DNA from: an uncultured Chloroflexia bacterium
GTDB taxonomy: Bacteria; Chloroflexota; Anaerolineae; Anaerolineales; E44-bin32
Length of the DNA stretch: 64,000 bases
NCBI GenBank assembly: GCA_963777165.1
Contig: CAVZPO010000022.1
Coordinates: 12,082-76,081 of the forward strand
Direction of reading: 5' to 3'
The stretch's first letter is position 1, and each line of letters starts with the position of its first letter. Both the position numbers and the translations under genes were made by a program. This document shows positions 1-9,250 of the stretch, in pieces. The notes under the pieces are model-generated. The model was not told the origin of the DNA, did no database searches, and saw nothing but the letters and a program-made list of their open reading frames with translations.

Positions 1-1557
1 TCGCCGACGGGAACGGCGACGGGCTGGGCGACCTGCCCGGGCTGATCGATCGACTTGACTACCTGAACGGCGCGCCCGACAGCCTGGGTGTCGACGCCAT
101 CTGGATCTCGCCGTGCTTCCCCTCCCCCGACCGTGACTTCGGCTACGACGTCGCCGATTACACCGCCATCGATCCGCGCTACGGCAGCCTGGACGATTTC
201 GACCGCTTGATCGCCGAGGCTCACCGGCGCGGCATCCGCGTCCTGCTCGACCTGGTCTACAACCACACGTCGGACCAGCATCCGTGGTTCGTCGACGCGC
301 GATCCTCGCGCACGAGTGCGCATCGGGATTGGTACGTCTGGCGTGACGGGCGCCCCGGCGGCGGTCCCCCGAACAACTGGCAGTCGGTCTTCGGCGGGAA
401 GGCCTGGGAATGGGATCCGGCGACGGGTCAGTACTACTACCACATGTTCCTGCGCCAGCAGCCGGATCTGAACTGGCACAACCCGGAAGTGCGCCGGGCG
501 CTGATGGACGCCACGCGCTTCTGGCTCGATCGCGGCGTCGATGGGTTCCGCCTGGACGTGTTCAACACCTGGTACGAGCATGCCGGCTACCCCGACAACC
601 CGCCGAAGCTCGGGCTGCGCGGTTTCGACCGCCAGCACCACATCCACGATGTCGACCAGCCGGAGATGCACCCGGCTTTGGCGGAGCTGCGTGGGCTGCT
701 GGACGCGTATCCCCAGCGCGCATCGGTCGGCGAGCTGTTCGGCGACGATCCCCAACTTGCCGCATCGTATTGCGGCGACCGCGGCCTGCATATGGTCTTC
801 AATTTCGAATTCACCCATCGGCGCTGGGACCCGCGGGCCTTCGGCGAGGCGATCGAGCGCGCCGACCGCAGCCTGGCGGGCGCCGGCTGGCCGTGCTACG
901 TGCTCAGCAACCACGACCTGCCGCGCCACGTCACGCGTTACGGCGGGCGCAACCCGGACGAGGTGGCCCGCGTCGCCGCCGCGCTCTTGCTCACGCAGCG
1001 CGGCACGCCGTTCGTCTACTACGGCGAGGAGATCGGCTTGCCGGACGTGCCCCTGCGACGCAATCAGATCGTCGACCCGCCCGGCCGGCGCTACTGGCCG
1101 TTCTACAAGGGACGCGACCCGAACCGCGGGCCGATGGCGTGGGATTCCAGCCTCAACGCCGGCTTCACCAGTGGATCCCCGTGGCTCCCGCTCCGGAGTG
1201 ACCATCGCACGCTGAACGTCGATGTCCAGCGCCGCGACCCGCGCTCGGTGTGGTCGTTCTACCGCGACCTGCTGCGTTTGCGTCGCGAAACCCCGGCGCT
1301 GCGCTGCGGAACGTTCCAGCGCGTGAGCCGGCCATCCGCGCGATGGCCTGGTCTACCTGCGGAGTGATCCGGGAGGGCAAGCGCTGGTGGCGCTCAACTT
1401 CCACGCCACTCCGGTACGCCTCAAATTCGAACACCCGATTGAGCCATCCGCCTGGTCGCTCGCACTTGCCGCACAACCCGAACGCGCAGCCAGTCTGTCG
1501 CCGGATGCAATCGCACTTGGGGCATTCCAGGCGGCCGTGTTCATCCATTCGGGCTGA
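1..1557 (+). pseudogene. GH13 alpha-glucosidase / oligo-1,6-glucosidase-like enzyme; 5' end outside window, frame broken near 1326
   Basis: Frame 3 from nt 3 reads ADGNGDGLGDLPGLIDRLDYLNG. GH13 regions I-IV follow: DLVYNHTS, GVDGFRLDV, VGELFG, LSNHDLPR. That frame stops at 1367. The expected C-terminal beta-domain (HPRDGLVYLRSDPGGQALVALNFHATPVRL...AAVFIHSG*) continues in frame 1 from about 1327 to TGA 1555-1557. Confidence 0.85.
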
Positions 1558-1674
1558 GGCGATCCCGGCGCCACCAGCAGCCGAGAATGTGCGGCCGATC
1601 TTCCGGCCGAACGCGCCGGACGATTGTCGCCCATCGATCCCGCCCGGCATCTTCTGGAATAGAGGGAGTGACGC

Positions 1675-2103
1675 ATGTCGACGCAAATGATCCGACTGCT
1701 TATCGCCGGAGCGCTGTTGCTCCATGGCCTCGGCCACGGTGGCGCGCTCGGCGCGCTGGCATACGTCGGCCGCGGTCGCGACGGCGGGGCATGGCGCCCC
1801 GCCCGCACCTGGCTGCTGTCCTCCCTGCCCCAACGCACGGCGACCATCGTCGCCAGTTCGTTTTGGGTCCTGTCGCTGGTCGGCTTCGTCGCCGCGGCGA
1901 TGTCGTTCTGGGGCATCCTGATCCCCGCTGAGGCATGGCGGGCGCTGGCCTTGATCTCGGCCTGCATCTCCGGCCTCGGGATCGTGTTGTTCTTTGGGAC
2001 CTGGCCGATGTTCAACACCCTCGCCGCCCTGGCGATGAACGTCGCCGTGCTGGTCACCCAACTGTGGACGCATTGGCCGCCACACGACATGTTCGGCCGT
2101 TAG
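1675..2103 (+). CDS. hypothetical integral membrane protein (about 4 TM segments)
   Basis: 142-aa ORF with GGAG 8 nt upstream of the ATG. Hydrophobic segments include LLIAGALLLHGLG, IVASSFWVLSLVGFVAAAMSFWGIL, ALALISACISGLGIVLFFG and LAALAMNVAVLV. Confidence 0.6.
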   Translation: MSTQMIRLLIAGALLLHGLGHGGALGALAYVGRGRDGGAWRPARTWLLSSLPQRTATIVASSFWVLSLVGFVAAAMSFWGILIPAEAWRALALISACISGLGIVLFFGTWPMFNTLAALAMNVAVLVTQLWTHWPPHDMFGR

Positions 2104-2192
2104 GCAGGCGCGGTCCGCGCTCGCTGCTCATCAACCGACGCGCCGAGGCCTGTGGCCGCGGACGTTTGAGGCCACCGCCGTCCTCCACGGAA

Positions 2193-2830
2193 GGGCACGG
2201 CATGCCGTGCCCCTACGGTTCGGTCGCACATCACATTCGTCGATCAGCGACTTACCTCTCTCGCCCCCTCCTTCGGGCTTCCTTCCCGCCGCGGCCCAGA
2301 ATGACAGGCGGGTCACAGACCCGACCCTGCGAAACCCTCGGCTGCCGCCGTCGACACCGCATATGCATCGCGCAATTCGCGAATGGGTGCGGTGTCAGAC
2401 CGCGGTGCGAGCCGCCCGCGAGGCTCGATCTTCGCACGACGCCTGTGGCCGTGGCCCTATGACGCCGACGTTGTCATCCACGTAGGGGCACGGCATGCCG
2501 TGCCCCTACCGGCCGCTCGCGCGTCACATTCGTCGCTCCGCCACCCACCTCCTTCGCCCGCGGACTCCAGGTCTCATGCCCTGCACGCCCAAGGACCGGC
2601 GGGCGGGTCACGGACCCGATCCTACGAAACCCTCGGCTGCCGCCCACACCGCGTATGTCTTGCGGAAATCGCGAATGGGGGGCTGCCAGCCCGCGATGCG
2701 GGTTACCCAACAAGCGAGGTCTCCTTCACGACGCACGTAGCCGCAGCCTTTGGGCTGCGTTCCCGCCGCGGCCGCAAGGGCTCGGGCGGGTCACAGACCC
2801 GCCCCTACGAATGCCTCGGCGACCGCGCCA
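2193..2830. repeat. tandem degenerate ~290-bp composite intergenic repeat (2 full units plus a partial third)
   Basis: GGGCACGGCATGCCGTGCCCCTAC (18-bp perfect palindrome core) occurs at 2193-2216 and 2485-2509. GGCGGGTCAC(A/G)GACCCG(A/C)(C/T)CCT(G/A)CGAA..CCTCGGC occurs at about 2307, 2601 and 2785. TTCGCGAATGGG modules lie at about 2370 and 2670. No credible ORF. Confidence 0.7.
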
Positions 2831-2932
2831 TTCCGCGAAATACCTCTGGAGGGAAGGTAGAATTGCAGGCCAGGTATCGGCGCACGCCGGCCACGCAGCG
2901 GCCGAGCACATTTTGTGACGGAGGTTTGTGTC

Positions 2933-3331
2933 ATGAAGAAGCCAGCCCCGGGCCCGACTTCGAAGGCCTCGCAGTTGATCACAGGCTACATCGCATCGCA
3001 TGACGATTGGAGAGGCACGACCCTCGCCCGGCTCCGGGCGGTTATCCGTGAAGCCTCCCCGGAGCTCTCGGAAGAATGGAAATGGGGCAGCCCCGTATGG
3101 GCGCACAATGGTCTTGTCTGCGCGGCGAGCGCGTTCAAAGATCATGTCAAGGTCAACTTCTTCAAGGGCGCCACGATCAAGGATCCGAAACGCACGTTCA
3201 ATGCCGGCCTCGATGCAAAGGCCATGCGATCGATTGATTTCCACCAGGGTGACAAGATCGACGCCGCCGCCCTGAAAGCCCTGGTGAAAGCTGCCGTCGC
3301 CCAGAACATGCCAACCAAGGGAGGGAAGTGA
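2933..3331 (+). CDS. DUF1801 (YdhG-like) domain protein
   Basis: GGAGG lies 7 nt upstream of ATG 2933. The pattern WRG..L..LR..I....PEL.EEWKWG.PVW...G.V.....FK.HVK.NFF.G is typical of DUF1801. Confidence 0.75.
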   Translation: MKKPAPGPTSKASQLITGYIASHDDWRGTTLARLRAVIREASPELSEEWKWGSPVWAHNGLVCAASAFKDHVKVNFFKGATIKDPKRTFNAGLDAKAMRSIDFHQGDKIDAAALKALVKAAVAQNMPTKGGK

Positions 3332-3385
3332 TCTCGGTCGAACAAAGGATCAACAATCTGACCTGCGCCTCCCAGGAGGACTCTC

Positions 3386-3808
3386 ATGGCCGAGCTGAAG
3401 ACGAAACAGACCCAAGGTTCCGTCGTCAAGTTCCTCTCCTCGATCAAGGATGAAGGCACCCGCAAGGACTGCCTCGCCCTGGCCAGGCTGATGACCCAGG
3501 CCACAGGCTCCAAGCCCAAGATGTGGGGATCTGCCATCGTCGGGTTCGGCTCCTGTCACCTGCGCTACCCCAGCGGCCGGGAACTCGATTGGTTCACCAC
3601 GGGCTTCTCCCCACGCAAGCAGAACCTGACGCTTTACGTCATGGGCGGCTTCGCGCAGTACGGAACCCTGCTCGAGAAGCTGGGCAAGCACAGCCTCGGC
3701 AAGGGCTGCCTCTACATCAAGCGCCTGGACGACGTGCACCTTCCGACGCTCAAGAAGCTGATCCAGCAATCGGTCAAGGACGCTCCCAAGGTCCAACAGT
3801 ACGCCTAG
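3386..3808 (+). CDS. DUF1801 domain protein (second paralog type)
   Basis: AGGAGG lies upstream of the ATG. Motifs KMWGSAIVGFG, LTLYVMGGF and CLYIKRLDDV are typical of the DUF1801/YdhG family. Confidence 0.75.
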   Translation: MAELKTKQTQGSVVKFLSSIKDEGTRKDCLALARLMTQATGSKPKMWGSAIVGFGSCHLRYPSGRELDWFTTGFSPRKQNLTLYVMGGFAQYGTLLEKLGKHSLGKGCLYIKRLDDVHLPTLKKLIQQSVKDAPKVQQYA

Positions 3809-4135
3809 GGGTCCGCGGATCGGCGCCGCCTGACACGTCGCGGCCGTGGACAAACGCCCCCGCGCAAAGCGCCTCGCCAAGAAAGCACCGCCAACAACGT
3901 CCTGCCTACTACGCGGGACCTTCGGCGGGGCCCGCGGCGAGATCCTGGAAAGCACATCCGGGACAGCCTTCGGCTGAACCAGCGAGCGCACAGACTTCTT
4001 GTCCCAGCAGCCGGCCGGGCGTAGAGTAGGGAGAAGTTGCCCCCATTCACCGGGCAGCCCGCCTCGAGCCCGAACGGCGTGAGATACGACGCCGAATACG
4101 ACACGCCAACAAAGAGGCAAGGAGCTTCTGCTCTC

Positions 4136-5248
4136 ATGACCGATCCACGCATCGAGAAACTTGCCAGGATCCTGGTGCAGTACTCTACGAGAGTGAAAGA
4201 AGGCGACCAGGTGATGATTTGGGGTTTCCCGCTGGAGCCCATTGCGACCCCCCTGATTGCCGAGGTCTTTCGTGAAGTGCTCAAGGCAGGTGGGCATCCA
4301 CATATCGCTGTTGATCTGGAGGACATCCGTTACATCTTCCTTACCGAAGCCTCTGAACATCAACTGCAGCAGCCCGACCTTGTTTCCAAGCTGGTTGCCG
4401 AGGAGTTCGATGTAGACATCCGAATCGGATGTGATTCGAACACTCGCAGTCTGATGGGTGTGAAACCGGAAGCGTGGAGCCTGCGCAATCGTGCCAATGC
4501 GGAGGTTAATGAGGCCTGGTCTCGACGGAGCGCTTCAGGGGCATTGCGCTGGGTCGTGACCCGATTTCCCACGGCTGCCTACGCTCAAGATGCCGGCATG
4601 AGCTTGATCGAGTTTAGCGACTTCTTCTATCACAGTGTCTATGCCGATTCCGAAGATGCCATCTCACGCTGTGAGCAGATGCAGAAGCACCAGGAAAGGC
4701 TGGTCGCGTGGCTTGCGGGCAAACAGCATGTCCACATCCTGGGAAAGAGTGTGGATCTGGAGATGTCGATCGTGGGCAGGACGTTCATCAGCTGTCACGG
4801 ACGCGGCAATCTGCCTGATGGAGAGATCTTCACCGGCCCCGTTGAGGATTCCGTTAACGGGACGGTTCGGTTCTCCTTCCCATGTCTCTGGTCCGGGGTT
4901 GAGGTAGACGGTGTTCAGCTAGTCTTCGAACGGGGGAAGGTTGTGAGGGCCACCGCTGAGAAGAATGAGGCGTTCTTGCACGAGATGTTGAAGGCAGATG
5001 AAGGCGCACAAAGGCTGGGCGAATTCGGGATCGGCACAAATGACCAGATCAAGCGATTCACCAGGAACATGCTCTTCGATGAGAAAACCGGCGGCACGAT
5101 CCACCTCGCTCTGGGCAACGGCTATTCGGAGAGCGGCTCAGAGAACAGGAGCACCATTCACTGGGACATGCTGTGCGATATGCGGGAAGGGGGTCGGATC
5201 CTCGTGGATGGAGAGTTGTTCTACGACTCGGAAGTCTTCAAGATCTGA
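4136..5248 (+). CDS. aminopeptidase, peptidase family M29 (AmpS/PepS-like)
   Basis: 370 aa from ATG 4136, with AAGGAG about 10 nt upstream. The N-terminus LARILVQYSTRVKEGDQV and the C-terminal GEFGIGTN....TRNMLFDEK.GGTIHLALG...HWDM block are family M29 signatures. GC is visibly lower (31/60 on the line starting at 4141). Confidence 0.85.
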   Translation: MTDPRIEKLARILVQYSTRVKEGDQVMIWGFPLEPIATPLIAEVFREVLKAGGHPHIAVDLEDIRYIFLTEASEHQLQQPDLVSKLVAEEFDVDIRIGCDSNTRSLMGVKPEAWSLRNRANAEVNEAWSRRSASGALRWVVTRFPTAAYAQDAGMSLIEFSDFFYHSVYADSEDAISRCEQMQKHQERLVAWLAGKQHVHILGKSVDLEMSIVGRTFISCHGRGNLPDGEIFTGPVEDSVNGTVRFSFPCLWSGVEVDGVQLVFERGKVVRATAEKNEAFLHEMLKADEGAQRLGEFGIGTNDQIKRFTRNMLFDEKTGGTIHLALGNGYSESGSENRSTIHWDMLCDMREGGRILVDGELFYDSEVFKI

Positions 5249-5319
5249 GCACTCCCAGGCCATTACCCAAGAGCTGCGTCTGACCCTGCAGGCGGCCGAC
5301 TTGCGTCGGATTGCGTCCG

Positions 5320-5545
5320 CAGCTCCGTGCCCTTACCGTTCGCCCGCGCGCCGGACTCGTCGGTATGCCTTCCATCGCCCTCGCGTGCATTCGCATTTCT
5401 CAGGTCATCGATCGGCGGCAACCGGCCCGCGAAGCGGGTCACGCGCCAAAGTCGGCTTCCCTCAAGACGCCCGTGGCCGCGGCGGTTGGGCTGCGTCCTC
5501 GCCGTCCGACCATCGACGGGCGGTCACAGTCCCGCCTCTGAGGAG
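5320..5545. repeat. degenerate copy of the composite intergenic repeat family seen at 2193-2830
   Basis: Contains CCGTGCCCTTAC (5326-5337), TTGGGCTGCGTCCTCGCCG (compare 2751-2770) and GGGCGGTCACAGTCCCGCCTCTGAGG (5518-5543). Confidence 0.5.
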
Positions 5546-5620
5546 TCCCACTCACGGCGCTATACTTCCGCCGTGGCCGGTCCCCCGACTCACGCTGCGT
5601 ATCCTTCCACCCTCCCCGCC

Positions 5621-6316
5621 ATGGCCTGGCTCGCACTCCAGCGCCGCCCGCGCTCGTTCTGCCGTGATGCCCGGGTGCTCGTCGATCGGCTCTCTCCCCC
5701 GCTGCGGGTCGACGGAGCAATCCCGGACATCGCGCGCGGATCGTGGCTGGTGGTCGTCAACCACTACACCCGCCCCGGCTTCCGCGCCTGGTGGATCACG
5801 ATGGCGGTTTCCGCCACGCTCCCTCGCGAGGTGTGCTGGGTGACGACCAGCACGTTGACTTTCCGGGACCCGCTCCGTGCTGCGACGATCACGCCTGCCA
5901 GCCGATGGTTCTTGCGTCATGTTGCCCGGCTGTATGGTTTCGTCCCCATGCCCCCGATGCCGCCACGCGACTTCGAGGTCGAAGCGCGCGCCGAGGCGGT
6001 CCGCCGTGCCCTGCATGGGGCGTCCGAACCGGATGCGCTCCTCGGCCTGGCGCCCGAGGGCGGTGACATGCCCGGAGGAGTGCTCACCCGGCCCCCGCCC
6101 GGCGCTGGCCGCTTCCTCTTTCATCTCGCCCGCCGCGGTCTGCGCTTCCTGCCCGTCGGCGCCTTCGAAGACCAGGGCAGGTTGTGCCTGCACTTCGGCG
6201 CACCGTTCGACCTCCCGCGCTCCCTCCCCAAGCCCATCGACGACAGCGCCTCGCGCCTGGTCATGTCGGCCATCGCCGCCTGCTTGCCCGATCGCCTGAG
6301 GGGAGCCTATGCCTGA
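5621..6316 (+). CDS. lysophospholipid (PlsC-like) acyltransferase family protein
   Basis: Start chosen at ATG 5621 because the upstream part of the ORF reads through the repeat region. Contains VVVNHYTRPG (variant NHxxxxD block) and LGLAPEGG (PEG block). The stop overlaps the next gene's start by 8 nt. Confidence 0.65.
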   Translation: MAWLALQRRPRSFCRDARVLVDRLSPPLRVDGAIPDIARGSWLVVVNHYTRPGFRAWWITMAVSATLPREVCWVTTSTLTFRDPLRAATITPASRWFLRHVARLYGFVPMPPMPPRDFEVEARAEAVRRALHGASEPDALLGLAPEGGDMPGGVLTRPPPGAGRFLFHLARRGLRFLPVGAFEDQGRLCLHFGAPFDLPRSLPKPIDDSASRLVMSAIAACLPDRLRGAYA

Positions 6317-7586
6317 CGTACACACGCCGCCCCGCGCGCGTCCGTTCGATCTGTTCGCCGTCAACGCCTACTGGCCCGGCCTGTCGTTCATGTGGAACAG
6401 CCTGCACCTGATCGTCCTGCCGGCCGTGCTGCTCGGCTTCGTCGATGACGCGCGCAAGAACACGGCCCTCGGCCTGCTGACCTTCGTCGGCTTGATCATC
6501 GCCCTGCTCGTTCAGCCGCTCTCGGGGGCGTTGAGCGACGCCTGGCCTTCGCGTTTCGGCCGGCGCCGCCCGCTGCTGATCCTGGGAACGCTGGCCGATC
6601 TGCTGTTCCTGTACCTGATCGCCACTGCCACCAGCCTGGGCGCGCTGGCCGTCGGCTACGTCGGCCTGCAATTCACTTCCAACATCGCCCACGGCCCGGC
6701 GCAGGGGCTGATGCACGATCGCGTCCCTCTCGCCCAGATGGGCCTGGCGTCGGGGGTCAAGAACTTTCTCGACATGTCGGGCATGGTGATCTCGTCGCTG
6801 GTGATGGCCCGCCTGATCGCCTCTGAGAATCCCGATCCCCTGCCTGGCCTCACCCTGGTGGCGGCGCTGATGATCGCCGGCCTGCTGGTCACAGTATTCG
6901 GTGTCAAAGAGACATCGTCGCGTGCCGCCGGCGTCGATTTCCGCGCCGGGATTCGCCAGGCCTTCCGGATCGACCTGCGCGGCAACACCGCCTACTGGCG
7001 GTTGATCTGGTCCCGCTTTCTATTCCTCATCGGCGTGTATGGCATCCAGGCCTTCGCCCAGTATTTCGTGCGCGACAAGCTGCAGACCGACAATCCCGTG
7101 AAGCTGACCGGTGATCTGATGGCGGTGATCGTGCTGTCGTTGATCGCCTTCTCGATCCTGGCCGGCTACCTGGCTGACCGCGTGGGGCGGAAGCCGCTGC
7201 ACGTTGTCGCCGCCATCCTGGTCGCCATCGGCAGCCTGTTGATGATGACCGCCGTGACGCCGGCGGCCGTGCTGGCCTTCGGCTGCATCGTCGGCGCCGG
7301 GATCGGATTGTTCATCACCGCCAATTGGGCGCTGGCCAACGATCTGGCCCCGGCGGGCGAGGCGGGGAAATTCCTGGGCCTGACCAACCTTGCGACGGCC
7401 GGTGCCGGCGCCGCCAGCCGGCTGACCGGGCCGGGGATCGACGCGCTGAACGCCTGGCGGCCGGGCGCCTTCCTTGGTTACGCGGCCCTGTTCTCCGGCG
7501 GTGCGGTGCTCGTCCTGCTTAGCTTGCTCGCGCTGCGCCGCGTCCCCGATCGCAAACCGGGTCTCCCCGCGAATCCCAACCCTTGA
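6309..7586 (+). CDS. MFS transporter (GPH/LplT-like)
   Basis: 425 aa with about 12 hydrophobic segments. Loop motif LSDAWPSRFGRRRPLLILG between TM2 and TM3. Translationally coupled to the acyltransferase. Confidence 0.85.
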   Translation: MPDVHTPPRARPFDLFAVNAYWPGLSFMWNSLHLIVLPAVLLGFVDDARKNTALGLLTFVGLIIALLVQPLSGALSDAWPSRFGRRRPLLILGTLADLLFLYLIATATSLGALAVGYVGLQFTSNIAHGPAQGLMHDRVPLAQMGLASGVKNFLDMSGMVISSLVMARLIASENPDPLPGLTLVAALMIAGLLVTVFGVKETSSRAAGVDFRAGIRQAFRIDLRGNTAYWRLIWSRFLFLIGVYGIQAFAQYFVRDKLQTDNPVKLTGDLMAVIVLSLIAFSILAGYLADRVGRKPLHVVAAILVAIGSLLMMTAVTPAAVLAFGCIVGAGIGLFITANWALANDLAPAGEAGKFLGLTNLATAGAGAASRLTGPGIDALNAWRPGAFLGYAALFSGGAVLVLLSLLALRRVPDRKPGLPANPNP

Positions 7587-7593
7587 GGTAGCC

Positions 7594-9126
7594 ATGTCGT
7601 CTGCGCTGGTCGAATGTATCCCGAACTTCTCCGAAGGCCGCCGCCTGCCGGTGATCGACGCCATCCAGGAGGCCATCGCCGCCGTGCCCGGCGTGCTGGT
7701 GCTCGATCGGCACGTCGACGCGGACCACAACCGAACGGTGATGACTTTCGCCGCTCCACCGGAGCCCGCCCTTGAGGCTGCCTTTGCCGCCATCCGTAAG
7801 GCCGCCGAGCTGATCGACCTCGATCAGCACACCGGCCAGCATCCCCGCATCGGCGCCACGGACGTCGTCCCCTTCGTGCCGCTGGCCGGCTGCACCCTGG
7901 AGGACTGCGTGGTATTGGCGCGGCGCCTGGGCGAACGCGTCGCCGCCGAACTCTCCATCCCGGTTTACTTCTACGAGGCCGCCGCCACGCGCCCCGAGCG
8001 CACGAACCTGGAGAACCTGCGGCGCGGCGAGTATGAGGGACTTAAGGCCGCGATTGAGACCGATCCCGAGCGCGCACCCGACGTTGGGCCGCGCCGGCTG
8101 GGCAAGGCCGGCGCAACGGTGATCGGAGCTCGGGTGCCGCTGATTGCTTTCAACGCTTATCTCACCACCGAAGACCTAAGCGTCGCCAAGAAGGTCGCCG
8201 CCGCAGTGCGGCAATCCTCGGGGGGACTGCCCTACGTCAAGGCGCTGGGGATGCTGGTCGAGGGACGCGCCCAGGTCTCGATGAACCTGACCGACTTCAC
8301 GCGCACGCCCGTGGCGCGGGTCGTCGAGGCCGTGCGCCAAGAGGCGCTGAAGCACGGCGCCGCCATCCATCACTCCGAACTGGTGGGGTTGATCCCTCAG
8401 GCAGCCCTGGTCGGCGCCGCGCAGTGGTATCTGCAGCTCGACCAATTCCATCCCGAGCAGGTACTCGAGTCGCGGTTGTACGCTGCACAGAAGTCTGGCG
8501 GCGCGGCGCGCCAGGTCTTCCTGGACGAGCTGGCCGACGGCACACCCACGCCCGGCGGCGGGTCCGCCGCAGCATACGCCGCGGCGATGGCGGCATCGCT
8601 GGTCGCCATGGTGGCGCGGCTGACGATCGGTAAGAAGAAGTACGCCGCGGTCGAGGGCCGGATGCAGGTCATCGCCGCCCAGGCCGACGGATTGCGCTCG
8701 GAGCTCTCGGCCGCCGTCGAGCGTGATGCGCAGGCGTTCGAAGGCGTGCTCACCGCGTCGCGCCTGCCCAAGGCGACCGAGGCTGAGAAGGCCGCCCGAC
8801 AGGTGACGCTCGAGCACGCGACGCTCCAGGCCGCCGCCGTCCCGCTCGATGTCGCACGCCAGGCGGCGCAGGTGATCGAGCTGGCGGCAGAAGTCGCCGA
8901 GACCGGAAACCCCAACGCCGTCAGCGATGCACTGTCGGCCGCTGCGCTGGCGCACGCCGGGTTGAAGGCCGCTGCGGCCAATGTTCGCGTCAACATGGCG
9001 GAGCTGCAGGATATGTCCGCCGCGAAGCCGTGGCTGGTTGTCCTCGGCAAGCTCGAGGCAAGGGGGGCGGCCGGTGAGGGCAAGGCGCAGGCGGCGCTGG
9101 CGGCGCGCGTAGCTCTCCCCGCCTGA
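7594..9126 (+). CDS. ftcD: bifunctional glutamate formimidoyltransferase / formimidoyl-THF cyclodeaminase
   Basis: The N-terminus MSSALVECIPNFSEGRR...HPRIGATDVVPF is the formiminotransferase domain. The C-terminal GGGSAAAYAAAMAASLVAMVARLTIGKKKY is the cyclodeaminase domain. ATG 7594 lies 8 nt after the MFS stop. Confidence 0.85.
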   Translation: MSSALVECIPNFSEGRRLPVIDAIQEAIAAVPGVLVLDRHVDADHNRTVMTFAAPPEPALEAAFAAIRKAAELIDLDQHTGQHPRIGATDVVPFVPLAGCTLEDCVVLARRLGERVAAELSIPVYFYEAAATRPERTNLENLRRGEYEGLKAAIETDPERAPDVGPRRLGKAGATVIGARVPLIAFNAYLTTEDLSVAKKVAAAVRQSSGGLPYVKALGMLVEGRAQVSMNLTDFTRTPVARVVEAVRQEALKHGAAIHHSELVGLIPQAALVGAAQWYLQLDQFHPEQVLESRLYAAQKSGGAARQVFLDELADGTPTPGGGSAAAYAAAMAASLVAMVARLTIGKKKYAAVEGRMQVIAAQADGLRSELSAAVERDAQAFEGVLTASRLPKATEAEKAARQVTLEHATLQAAAVPLDVARQAAQVIELAAEVAETGNPNAVSDALSAAALAHAGLKAAAANVRVNMAELQDMSAAKPWLVVLGKLEARGAAGEGKAQAALAARVALPA

Positions 9127-9152
9127 GCCTTAATCCCTCAGGGGAGACGTTG

Positions 9153-9184
9153 GCGGCCGGCGCATCGATCGATGCGCCGGCCGC
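9153..9184. terminator. 32-bp perfect GC-rich palindrome between convergent genes (bidirectional terminator candidate)
   Basis: GCGGCCGGCGCATCGATCGATGCGCCGGCCGC lies between the ftcD stop (9126) and the CapA stop (9251). The T-tract is weak (TTGGTG). Confidence 0.45.
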
Positions 9185-9250
9185 TTGGTGCCTTCAGCGA
9201 GACCGAACTACGCGGCGACGCGTCAACCCCGCTCAAGCATCCGCGAGACC

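Noticed and set aside
2193-2830. Possible CRISPR array, because of repeated palindromic 24-mers
   Set aside because: Only two copies of the palindrome are present, about 290 bp apart. The intervening sequence is itself repeated, so there are no unique spacers. No cas genes are present.
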